A stretch of DNA of 64,000 nucleotides. Origin: an uncultured Actinomycetota bacterium (GTDB lineage Bacteria > Actinomycetota > UBA4738 > HRBIN12). How positions within the stretch are numbered: position 1 is the first letter of the stretch; the number at the start of each line of letters is the position of its first letter. Location: positions 973,607 to 1,037,606 of the forward strand of contig CAVZUH010000004.1 of assembly GCA_963778505.1 (NCBI GenBank), written 5' to 3'. The position numbers and the translations under genes were made by a program. Shown here one piece after another: positions 9,103 through 18,803 of this stretch. The notes beneath the pieces were generated by a model. It saw only the letters and a program-made list of their open reading frames with translations, did not search any database and was not told the origin of the DNA.

Positions 9103-10461
9103 GTGCAGGTGCCCGACGTCCACTACGCGAGATCCGCCGACGGGATGCACATCGCGTACCAGGTGGCCGGCGACGGACCGATCGACGTGCTGATGGTCTG
9201 CGCCGGCCTACTCGAACATCGAGCTGGTCTGGACGATCCCGTCGTTCGGTCCGTTCCTCGACAGCCCTCGCATCGTTCGCACGCGTCATCTGCTTCGACC
9301 CGCGCGGTGCCGGCCTCTCGGACCCGCTGACGGTCGATCGGCTTCCGACGCTGGAGACGCGGGTGGCGGACGCGCTGACGGTGATGGAGGCCGCCGGCTC
9401 CGAGCGACCCGCGCTGTTCGGCATGGACTCGACCGGACCACTCGCGATCTTCTTCGCGGCGACCTATCCGGACCGCACCGCCGTCGCTCGTCCTGTTCGG
9501 GACGTTCGCCTGCGGCCTGAAGGACGAGGACTATCCGTGGGCCTGGAGCGCCGAGGAATGGGAGGCGCACGATCGCGAGGTCGAGGAGGGCTGGGGACAG
9601 CCCGACTTCGTGGAATCGTTCGTGCGGTGGCTCGCCCCGACCGCGCGCCTCGATCGCGAGTCGATCGCGCTCTGGGCCAACTACTACCGCCAGGCGGCCA
9701 GCCCGGGGATGGCGGTGGCGCTGAACCAGCTCGAGCGCGAGACCGACGTCCGTCGCGTCCTCCGGACGGTGCAGGCCCCGACGCTCGTCCTGCATCGGAA
9801 GGACGAGGCCGTCTATCACGTCGAGGAAGGCCGCTACATGGCTCGCCACATCCCGGGTGCACGGTTCGTCGAGCTCGAGGGCGCGGACCACCTCCCGGGG
9901 GACGGCGACATGTCGGCGGTGGTCGAGGAGATCGGCCGGTTCCTCGGCTCGGTGCGGGACGAGGAGGCGTCGTTCGATCGGGTGCTCGCCTCGGTCCTGT
10001 TCACCGACATCGTGGGATCGACGGAGAAGGCGGCCGAACTCGGCGACCGACGATGGCGCGAGACCGTCGAAGGCCACCACGCGACGGTCCGCGCGATCCT
10101 GGCGCGCTATCACGGGGTCGAGATCGACACCGCCGGGGACGGGTTCTTCGCGACGTTCGACGGACCCGCCCGCGCCGTGCGCTGCGCGGAGGCGATCGTC
10201 GAGGCCGTCCGGGCGCTCGAGCTCGAGGTCCGAGCCGGCGTCCACACGGGCGAGGTCGAGACGATCGACGGGAAGGTCGGCGGGATCGCGGTGAACATCG
10301 GCGCGCGGGTCGGCGGGATGGCTGGGCCGTCGGAGGTCCTCGTCTCGTCGCACGGTGAAGCGACCTCGTCGCCGGGTCGGGTCTCGTCTTCGAGGACCGC
10401 GGCGAGCACGACGCTGAAGGGCATCCCGGATCGGTGGCATCTGTACGGTGTCGTGCCGTGA
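9103..10461 (+). CDS. alpha/beta-hydrolase-fold domain fused to a class III adenylate/guanylate cyclase domain (many frame breaks)
   Basis: GTG 9103 opens [32 protein letters not shown]. Further pieces: [26 protein letters not shown] and [11 protein letters not shown]...GADHLP. The cyclase core is [19 protein letters not shown]...[25 protein letters not shown]...[11 protein letters not shown]...[10 protein letters not shown]...[13 protein letters not shown]. Confidence 0.85.
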
Positions 10462-10715
10462 CGGGGAGGCTCGAGGGAAGGGTGGCGCTGATCACCGGCG
10501 CGGGGAGCGGCATGGGCCGCGAGGCGTGCCTCGTGTTCGCCAGCGAGGGCGCCCGGATCGCCGCCGTCGACTTCGAACCCGAGACGCTCGAAGACACCGC
10601 GGACGCCGTTCGCGCGGCCGCCGGCGAGATCGCGGCCTTCGTGACCGACGTGGCGGTCGAAGATCAGGTGCGCGAAACGGACCTCGTCGTGGACGGCGGC
10701 GCGGTCGTGGTCTGA
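10458..10715 (+). pseudogene. short-chain dehydrogenase/reductase remnant with a large internal in-frame deletion
   Basis: GTG 10458 (a GTGA overlap with the cyclase stop) opens [39 protein letters not shown]...AAFVTDVAVEDQVRE. It then jumps directly to the SDR C-terminal end TDLVVDGGAVVV-stop. That is 85 aa against ~250, and the NNAG and S-Y-K catalytic segments are missing. Confidence 0.7.
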
Positions 10716-10763
10716 GCCACCTCCCGAGGTCCGGACGACGCCGGTGCCTGCGATACTGCGCCC

Positions 10764-10928
10764 GTGGCCAAGAAGCGCTTGCAGTTCCGTCCCCCGGGGC
10801 TGAAGCCGACGACGAAGGTGGGCACCCTCGGGCCCTACCGCGGCCGGCTCGGGCTCGCGTGGGTGATCGCCCCCCTGGTCGCCGGCGTCCTGATCGTGCT
10901 CGCCGGCTTGCTCATCCTGACGCGGTAG
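10764..10928 (+). CDS. possible 54-aa single-pass membrane protein (below the ORF-track cutoff)
   Basis: GTG 10764 to TAG 10926..10928 reads VAKKRLQFRPPGLKPTTKVGTLGPYRGRLGLAWVIAPLVAGVLIVLAGLLILTR. It has a basic N-terminus and one clear TM helix, and ends 6 nt before the next gene start. Confidence 0.35.
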   Translation: MAKKRLQFRPPGLKPTTKVGTLGPYRGRLGLAWVIAPLVAGVLIVLAGLLILTR

Positions 10929-10934
10929 GCGCCG

Positions 10935-12394
10935 TTGCTCGACGGGTACTGCTGGCCCCAGAGCGTCCTCCCCGGAGAGGAGATCCCGCTGTGTGTCTCC
11001 TCCGCCGATCCGTTCGGCGTCGAGGTGACCCGTGAAGGCGGCGAGCGCGAGGTCGTCTGGCGAGCGGACGCGATCGCCGCCACCGAGCATCCGGTCCCGG
11101 CGGGCGCGTCCGCGGACGGCTGCGGGTGGCCGGCCACGCTCTCGATCCCGGTGGGCGAGGACTGGCGATCCGGCTTCTACTCGGTGGCGCTCACCTCGAG
11201 CGAGGAGGCGGGCGGACGCCTTCTTCGTCGTCCGGCCGAGAGCCGATCGCTCCCCCATCCTCCTCGTCCTGTCGACGGCCACGTACAACGCCTACAACGA
11301 CTGGGGCGGCCCGTCGCTCTACACGGGCGGGACCCGGGTGTCCTTCGAGCGCCCGTTCGCCCGGGGCTTCCTGACGAAACCGGAGCCGGCCGTGCGGAAG
11401 GCCGAGACCGTTCCGGATCAGCGAGGCGCTCGGCTACTTCACCTGGGCCGAGGAGCATGGGCTCTCTCCCTGGAGCGGCGGTGCGGGATGGTGGACATGG
11501 GAACGACCTTTCGTCGCGTGGGCAGAGCGGGAGGGCTTCGCGATCGACGTGGCCGTCTCGCAGGATCTCGAGACGCATCCCGAGGTGCTCGACGGGCATC
11601 GGCTCTTCCTCTCGGTCGGGCACGACGAGTACTGGTCCTGGGGCATGCGCGACGCCGTCGAGGGGTTCATCGGCCGATGGCGGCAACGCCGCGTTCTTCG
11701 GCGGGAACACCTGTTGGTGGCAGGTCCGGTTCGGAGGAGGGCGGGACGATGATCTGCTTCAAGTACCGAGCCGACGACGACCCCGTCGTCGGCTCGGACG
11801 AACAGCGCTTCCTCACGGGGTCGTGGTCGGATCGAAGGATCGGGCGGGCGGAGAACTCGATGACCGGGCTCTCGTTCTCGCGAGGCGGCTACTCCCGCTA
11901 CGGAGTCGGGCGTCCCACGGGCGAGCGGCGCCTACACGGTCTGGCGACCCGATCATTGGGCGTTCACCGGGACGGATCTTCGCTACGGGGACGCGCTCGG
12001 CCTGACCGATGCCATCGTCGGCTACGAGGTCGACGGATGCGACCTGACGATGGTGGATGGACTCCCGGTGCCGACGCACGAGGACGGAGCGCCCGGCACG
12101 CTCGAGGTGCTGGCGACGGCTCCCGCCCGCCTGTGGTCGCGAGACGAGCAGCCGTCGCGGTACGCGAGGGAGCCCGGCGAGCTCGAACACGTGGCGGCGG
12201 CATTGTGGGGTGAGTTCGCCGACGCGAACGTGCACAAGATCCAGCACAACCACGCGGTGGTCGGCTGCTTCACGCGTTCCCGGCGGGGGAACGGTCTTCA
12301 ACGCAGGCTGTACCGACTGGACCTACGGCATCGAGGGTGGCGACCGGACGTGCGCCGGATCACACGGAACGTCCTCGACCGGCTATCCCGCTGA
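10935..12394 (+). CDS. N,N-dimethylformamidase beta-subunit-like family protein (many frame breaks)
   Basis: Family-typical blocks are spread over ORFs 10935..12005, 11032..12213, 11549..11752, 12050..12394 and 12057..12671. They are GYCWPQSVLPGEEIPLCVS, ATYNAYNDWGGPSLY, GHDEYWSWGMRDAVEGFI, GGNAAFFGGNTCWWQVRF, TGLSFSRGGY, IVGYEVDGC, GTLEVLA and GGTVFNAGCTDWTYG. Confidence 0.65.
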
Positions 12395-12411
12395 CGACGT
12401 AGGGTCGTTCG

Positions 12412-12671
12412 ATGCGCTGGGAGGAGTTCGCGGTCGCGTGTCCGGAGATCGCGAGCCGCGCGGAGGATCGCTTCCGGACGGACCAGCTCGTCATGCTCGC
12501 GACGCTCACGATTCGATCCTCGCGCGGATCGAGTTGGCTCCGATGGAGCCGAACCATCACGTCTTCGCTCGACGTGCTCGAAGCCGCGTACTTCTCGTTT
12601 CCAGACAAGTTCGTGCTGAGCTGGAGAGAGGGAGCCGGACTTCGCCGCCCGCGTTCCCCGTGGTGGACTGA
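12412..12671 (+). pseudogene. pyridoxamine-5'-phosphate-oxidase-like (PPOX-class) N-terminal fragment, probably degraded or truncated
   Basis: ATG 12412 opens MRWEEFAVACPEIASRAEDRFRTDQLVMLATL, typical of PPOX-family N-termini. The frame then breaks and the reading stops at 12669..12671, about 86 codons against the usual ~140. It lies 3 nt from the convergent pcrA stop. Confidence 0.35.
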
Positions 12672-12674
12672 CCG

Positions 12675-14961
12675 TCAGCCGACCCGCTTCAGCGGCGCGT
12701 ACGAGAGGAGCAGCCGTTTCTCGCCCGCCTCGGAGAAGGCGATCGTCGCCTCCGCGTCGTCGCCCGTGACCCTTGACGGTGATCACGACGCCCTCACCCC
12801 ACCGTTCGTGAAGGACGGTGTCTCCCTCCGAGACGGAGGGAACCTCTCGTTTCGGTCCCCGCGGCGGGCTCCACCCGGAGGAGGGCACCTCCACGTTGCC
12901 CTTGCCCGGGAAGCCCCACGACCGAGTAGCCACCCTCGGGTCTCCGAGCCCTCGGCCTCCACGGGACGGCGTCGCGAGCGCCCGGGCGGCTCCGACCGGA
13001 CCCGCCCCCTTCCTCGCGCACGTCCAGCAAGCTCGCAGGCAGCTCGTTCAGGAACCGTGACGGCGGGTTGTAGTTGGTCTGCCCGAACAGCGTCCTGCCC
13101 CACGCGTGGCAGAGGTACAGGCGCTTCTGCGCCCGGGTGATGCCGACGTAGAGCAGACCGGCGCTCCTCCTCGAGCTGCGGCGGAGTCCGTCATCGATCG
13201 GTAGTGCGGGAAGATCCCGTCCTCGAGGCCCACGATGAACACGGCCGGGAACTCGAGACCCTTGGCGATGTGCAGCGTCATCAGCGTGACCGAGGATTCC
13301 TCCTCGTCGTAGCTCGTCCTGCTCGCCGATCAGGGACACCTGTTCGAGGAACGGTCGAGACCGGCGTCGGGGTCGCGGGCGATCAGCTCCGCAGCCACAC
13401 CGGACAGCTCCTGGATGTTCTCGATCCTCCCCTGCGCCTCGACGGTACGCTCCTCTTCGAGCTCAGCCAGATAGCCGGACTCCTGTGCCGCGAACTCCAC
13501 CATCCGGGCCGGCCCGGCAGCCTTCGCGCGAGATGACCGGCCAAGGCCGTCATCACCGACGTGAACCCGGCCACCGCTCCCTTGGCACGCGAGGCGAGCG
13601 ACGCGATCTCGTCCACCCGGCGGCAGGCCTCCATCACGTCGATGCTCCTCATCGCGCGCGAACGCCTCCACCGCGGACACCGTGGCATCGCCGATCCCCC
13701 GCTTCGGCGTGTTCACGACCCGCCGGAACGAGATCACGTCCTGCGGATTCGTGAGGAGTCGGAGGTACGCGAGGACGTCCTTGATCTCCTTCCGCTGGTA
13801 GAAGCGGACACCGCCGAAGACGCGGTACGGCATCCCGACGCGCATCAGGACGTCCTCGATCACGCGCGACTGCGCGTTCGTCCGGTAGAAGATCGCGACG
13901 TCGCGGTAGCGGAATCCCTCCTCGCTCCGCAGCCGCTCGATCTCCTGTGCGACGAAGTAGGCCTCGCTGTGCTCGTCGTTGGCTCGAACACGGACGACCG
14001 GGTCACCCGATCCCGCCTCGGTCCAGAGGTTCTTCGGCTTGCGCTGGACGTTGTTCTCGATCAGCGCGTTGGCGACCGTGAGGATGTTCTGCGTCGAGCG
14101 GTAGTTCTGCTCCATCAGGAAGACGGCGGCGTCGGGATAGTCGCGCTCGAAGTCGAGGATGTTCTGGATCGTCGCCCCGCGCCAGGAGTAGACACCCTGA
14201 TCGGCATCGCCGACGACGCAGATGTTGCGGTACGTCGGCCGCGAGCATGTTGACGAGCTCGTATTGGGCGCGGTTCGTGTCCTGGTACTCGTCGATCAGG
14301 ATGTACCGGAACCGCTCTTGGTAGTGCTCGAGGACCTCCGAGTGAGCCCGGAACAGACGGACCGTCTCGCTGATCAGGTCGTCGAAATCGAGAGCGCCGG
14401 CGTCGCGCTTCCGCCGCTCGTACTCGGTGTAGATCCGCGCGACCGTCTCCTCGTAGAGGTTCGAGGCCATCTCGGCGAACTCCTTCGCGCCGAGCACGCG
14501 GTCCTTTGCCTTGCCGATCGCCGAGGCCACGGCCTTCGGCGGGTAGCGCTTGGGGTCGACGTTCATGTCGCGCGAGATGCCGGCGATCAGTCGTTCGGTA
14601 TCACCGTCGTCGTAGATCGTGAAGTTCGAGGGGATGCCCAGATGGGCGTGCTCCCGTCCGCAGGATCCGCGCGCAGGCCGAGTGGAACGTCAGGACCCAC
14701 ATCCCTCGCGAGATCGGGCCACCCAGGAGCTCTCCCGACGCGTTCGGCCATCTCCCGTGAGGCCTTGTTCGTGAAGGTGATCGCCAGGATCTGACCTGGA
14801 GAGACCCCGCACTCCCGGATCAGGTAGGCGATCCGATGGGTCAGAGCTCGGGTCTTGCCGGAACCTGCACCCGCCACGATCAGCACGGGCCCCTCGGTCC
14901 GCAGGACGGCCTCACGCTGGATGTCGTTCAGGCCATCGAGGAGGGGGGAGGTGACGCTCAC
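12675..14961 (-). CDS. pcrA: ATP-dependent DNA helicase PcrA/UvrD (many frame breaks)
   Basis: GTG 14961 opens [19 protein letters not shown]...[22 protein letters not shown]. Later pieces: [51 protein letters not shown] and [15 protein letters not shown]. The tail is [21 protein letters not shown] / [28 protein letters not shown], then TGA 12677..12675. The span is 2287 nt (3n+1). Confidence 0.9.
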
Positions 14962-15121
14962 GCGACGATGCTAGCGCGGGCCCGCGACTCCACCCGCCAA
15001 GGGAGCTCTGACCTGGGACCTTCGGCAGATGTCGGTGACCGGTCGCACGGTTACGGTTGCGTGATGCAGGGACGATCGCGCATCCGCGCTCACGGTTCGG
15101 GCCTTCGGCTTCGCCTGCCTC

Positions 15122-15709
15122 ATGACCGCGGCCGGGCTCGGCGGCTACGTGTCGTGGCTGTTGTGGGGAACCGGGCTGGAGACGGCGCGTGCCCAAGACC
15201 AGCTCCGCAGCGAGGCCGAACCCCTCTTCGGAGAGCCCACGCCACCAGGTGAGCCGGAGCGGTACCTCCCGGGAGACGCCTACGCCGCGATCAAGATCCC
15301 GTCGATCGACATCGACTTCATCGTGGTGGAGGGTCCGGACGACGACACCTATCGGTCATCCGAGTGGACGGAGACCCTCAAGAAAGGCCCTGCTCACTAT
15401 CCGGACACCGCCGACCCCTGGGACGGCACGGGCCGGGTGGGCATCGCGGGGCATCGAACGACGTACCTCCATCCCTTCCTGAACCTCGATCAGGTCCGAG
15501 CCGGCGACGTGATCGAGCTCATCACCGAGCACGGCACCTTCATCTACGAGGTCGACCGCAACTTCGAGCGTCCGGAGGCGGGTTCCGGCGTCGTGCTCGA
15601 GCAGACGAAGCGGCCCACACTGGTTCTCACGACCTGCCATCCGAAGTACTCGAGTCGCGAGCGGCTGATCGTCACGGCGACGCTCCTGGACAGCCCCCCG
15701 AAGACGTAG
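15122..15709 (+). CDS. class E sortase (transpeptidase)
   Basis: Intact 195-aa ORF with a TM anchor (AAGLGGYVSWLLWG), IAGHRTTY and the active-site motif LVLTTCHP. The N-terminus may extend to ATG 15064 (MQGRSRIRAHGSG..) through one frame break near 15095. Confidence 0.85.
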   Translation: MTAAGLGGYVSWLLWGTGLETARAQDQLRSEAEPLFGEPTPPGEPERYLPGDAYAAIKIPSIDIDFIVVEGPDDDTYRSSEWTETLKKGPAHYPDTADPWDGTGRVGIAGHRTTYLHPFLNLDQVRAGDVIELITEHGTFIYEVDRNFERPEAGSGVVLEQTKRPTLVLTTCHPKYSSRERLIVTATLLDSPPKT

Positions 15710-15712
15710 CGC

Positions 15713-17141
15713 TCAGTCGCCGCCCTCGGACGAGGACACGAGGAACATCTGCTCGGCCAGATCTTCGATGGCCTTGTCCAGCTTGTGTTCCTCGGACTGG
15801 GCGATCTCGTCGCTGCTCGACGAGTTCGTCGATCATGCCCTCCAGGTTGCCGAGCTTCTCGACCGCCTCTTCGATGTCACCCTCGGCGAACGTGCCGAGC
15901 GCGTCGTCGAGCCCGCTCTGGATCTCTTCGGCTGCGTTCTCCGAGATGTTCCCTTCGCTCACACCCTCGGTGACGACCGCTTGCAGAGCTGCGACGGCCG
16001 CCTGGACCGGATCCTCCGGAGCAGGACTCGGTGAGGGAGATGGTGAAGACGAAGGCGAAGGCGACGGCGACGGGGACGACCGAGGGGCTCGGCGATCCCG
16101 GCGGACCGAGGGCCGACGGTTCCTCCCCGGCGAAGAGCGCGTACGCCAGGGTCGCCGAGCAGCACCAGCGCCACGATACCGAGCAGGATCGGGACCACGG
16201 GACGCCGGCGCGGGGGCCTGTCGGCCCGCCGGGGAACGGTCTCGGTTGGCGCCACGACAGGAAGCGGCGTCGTCCCCTCGACCGGGACCAAGGGCATGGT
16301 CGCGGTGACCGGGGCGATGGGGCCCGTCCGGTCGCCCAAGGCCGAGTACATGTCTGCAGCGCTCTGGAACCGCGCAGCCGGGTCCTTCTCCATCGCGCGC
16401 AGGGTCACCGCCTCGAGGGACGGTGGGACGGACGGCTCCAGCGGATCTCGGGAGTGCGGGAGCCTCGTGCACGTGTTGGTAGGCCACGGCCACCGGATCG
16501 CCGGCGGAGAACGGCGGGCGGCCCGTGAGCATCTCGTACATCACGCAACCGAGGGAGTAGACATCGGAGCGATGGTCGACGGGGTCGCCCCGAGCCTGCT
16601 CGGGCGAGATGTAGCCGGCCGTTCCGAGGATCGACGAAGCGCGCGTGATGCTCTCTCCTTCGATGCCCCGAGCGATCCCGAGGTCCATCAGCTTGGTGCG
16701 GCCATCCGGTGTCAGCATCACGTTCGCGGGCTTCACGTCACGGTGCACGATCCCGGCGGCATGCGCCACACCGAGCGCGGCCGCGACGTTCCTCCCGATC
16801 CTCTTCGCGCGGTCGGGTCGGATCGGCCCCTCCCTACGGATCACGTCGGCCAGGGTCTCCCCGGGAACGTGTTCCATCACGATGTAATGCACGTCGCCCT
16901 CCGAGCCGGCGTCGAAGACGGCCACGAGGTTGGGGTGTGAGATCCGGGCGGAAGCCAGCGCCTCCCGCCGGAACCGTTCCACGAAGGTGGCATCGCTCGC
17001 CAGCCAGACGCCCAGGGTCTTGACGGCGACCGACCGGTCCAGGACCCGGTCGGTCGCCAGGTAGACCTCGGCCATGCCGCCGCGCCCGAGGAGCTCGCCG
17101 ACCGCGTAGCGGTCGGCCACCACAGTGCCCTCGATCGTCAT
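15713..17141 (-). CDS. membrane Ser/Thr protein kinase with Ser/Pro linker and helical, non-PASTA extracellular domain (three frame breaks)
   Basis: The kinase domain reads GRGGMAEVY..AVK, HRDVKPANVML, DLGIAR and GTAGYISPEQ. The TM segment is VVPILLGIVALVLLG. The linker is SPSPSPSPSSSPSPSPSP. The ectodomain is AAVAALQAVVTEGVSEGNISENAAEEIQSGLDDALGTFAEGDIEEAVEKLGNLEGMIDELVEQ / DEIAQSEEHKLDKAIEDLAEQMFLVSSSEGGD, ending at TGA 15715..15713. Confidence 0.88.
16031..16077 (-). repeat. Ser-Pro dipeptide microsatellite (GGCGA-type hexamer run on the plus strand) inside the kinase linker
   Basis: The plus strand reads gaagacgaaggcgaaggcgacggcgacgggga, which encodes SPSPSPSPSSSPSPSPSP on the minus strand. 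Confidence 0.6.
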
Positions 17142-17221
17142 AGAAGCTCTCAGGCTACGGGAGCCGTCCCTAAGCGGCCCCTAAGCCGAGGGGCAGGATC
17201 CGAGCGCGGCTGGCGGCCGCG

Positions 17222-18803
17222 TCACTCCCACTCGATCGTGCCGGGGGGCTTCGAGGTGACGTCGTATGCAACCCTGTTCACGCCGGGCACCTCCCGGACG
17301 ATCCGCGTGGCGATCCTGTCGAGCACGTCGTAGGGCAGCCTCGCCCAGTCCGCGGTCATCGCGTCCTCGGACGTCACGACGCGCACGATCACCGGATTCT
17401 CGTACGTCCGTCCGTCCCCCATGACGCCGACGGTCTTCGTGTCGGCGAGCAGCACGCAGAAGGCCTGCCAGGTCTCCCGTTCGAGTCCGGCACGGCGGAT
17501 CTCCTCCCGCACCACCCGGTCGGCCCCGCGAACCTTCTCGAGGTTCTCGGCCGTGACCTCGCCCACGATCCGCACCGCGAGGCCGGGACCGGGGAACGGC
17601 TGGCGTTGCACGACCTCCTTCGGGCAGGCCCAGCTCGGCGCCGACCTGCCGGACCTCGTCCTTGAACAGGTCGCGGAGCGGCTCGACGAGCTCGAGCTCC
17701 ATCTCTTCGGGGAGGCCGCCGACGTTGTGATGGCTCTTGATGTTGGCCGCGGTGCGTGAGCCGCTCTCGATCACGTCGGGGTACAGCGTCCCCTGGACGA
17801 GGAAGCGGGCGTCCTCGGTGCTCCCGCGCGACCTCCTCGAAGACGCGGATGAACTCCTCTCCGATCGCCCGGCGCTTCCGCTCGGGGTCGGTGACGCCCG
17901 CGAGCTTCGCGAGGAAGCGGTCCTCTGCCTTCACGTGCACGAGCGGCACGCCGAAGTGGCGACCGAACGTCTCCTCGACCTGATGCGGCTCCCCCTCGCG
18001 GTTCAAGCCGTGGTCGACGAAGACGCACGTGAGCTGGTCTCCTACGGCGCGATGCACGAGGAGCGCGGCGACCGAGGAGTCGACGCCGCCGGAGAGCGCA
18101 CACAGGACCTCGGCCGTCGCCGACCTGTGCGCGGATACGGGCCACCGCGTCCTCGACGATGTTGATGGGCGTCCAGTCGGGCAGGAGGCCGCAACCGTCG
18201 TAGAGGAACCGCTTCAAGACGTCCTGTCCGCGGGGCGTGTGCGACACCTCGGGGTGGAACTGAACCGCGAACAGGACCCGCTCCGGGTCCTCCATCGCCG
18301 CGATCGGGATCTGCTCCGTGCGAGCGGTCACGCGGAAGCCCTCGGGCGCGCGCATGACCGCGTCGCCGTGACTCATCCAGACCTGCTCCTCGGCGACCGA
18401 GGTCGGCGAGCAGCACCCCGCCTGGCTGGTCGACCGACAACGTCGGTTCCGCCGTACTCACGCTGCCCGGTGGCTGCGACCTCGCCGCCGAGCGCTTGCG
18501 CCATCAGCTGGTGCCCGTAGCAGATGCCCAGGACCGGGACGCCCATGTCGAACAGACCGGGGTCGACGGCAGGGGCTCCGTCCTCGTAGACCGACGCGGG
18601 CCCTCCCGAGAGGATCAGTCCGGCCGGACGGCGCTTCGCGAGGTCCGCGGCAGTGGCGTCGTGCGGCACGATCTCGGAGTAGACGTGCGCCTCCCGGACG
18701 CGCCGGGCGATCAGCTGCGCGTACTGCGCTCCGAGGTCGACGACCAGGACCGGCCTCGAGGGATCTCTGTGCCTGATGTCGACGTGGGTGACCCCGGCGC
18801 CAC
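17222..18803 (-). CDS. guaA: glutamine-hydrolysing GMP synthase (many frame breaks)
   Basis: Merged from five fragments. The tail of 18373..19965 gives [21 protein letters not shown]...[12 protein letters not shown] 17771..18376 gives [18 protein letters not shown] 17389..18057 gives [17 protein letters not shown] 17181..17774 gives [15 protein letters not shown] 17222..17611 gives [11 protein letters not shown]...PGTIEWE-stop. The candidate GTG 18803..18801 abuts the guaB3 TAG. Confidence 0.9.

Noticed and set aside
17177-17194. A small hairpin (GCCCCT-N6-AGGGGC) as the guaA terminator.
   Set aside because: It has only a 6-bp stem and no T-tract, which is too weak to call.
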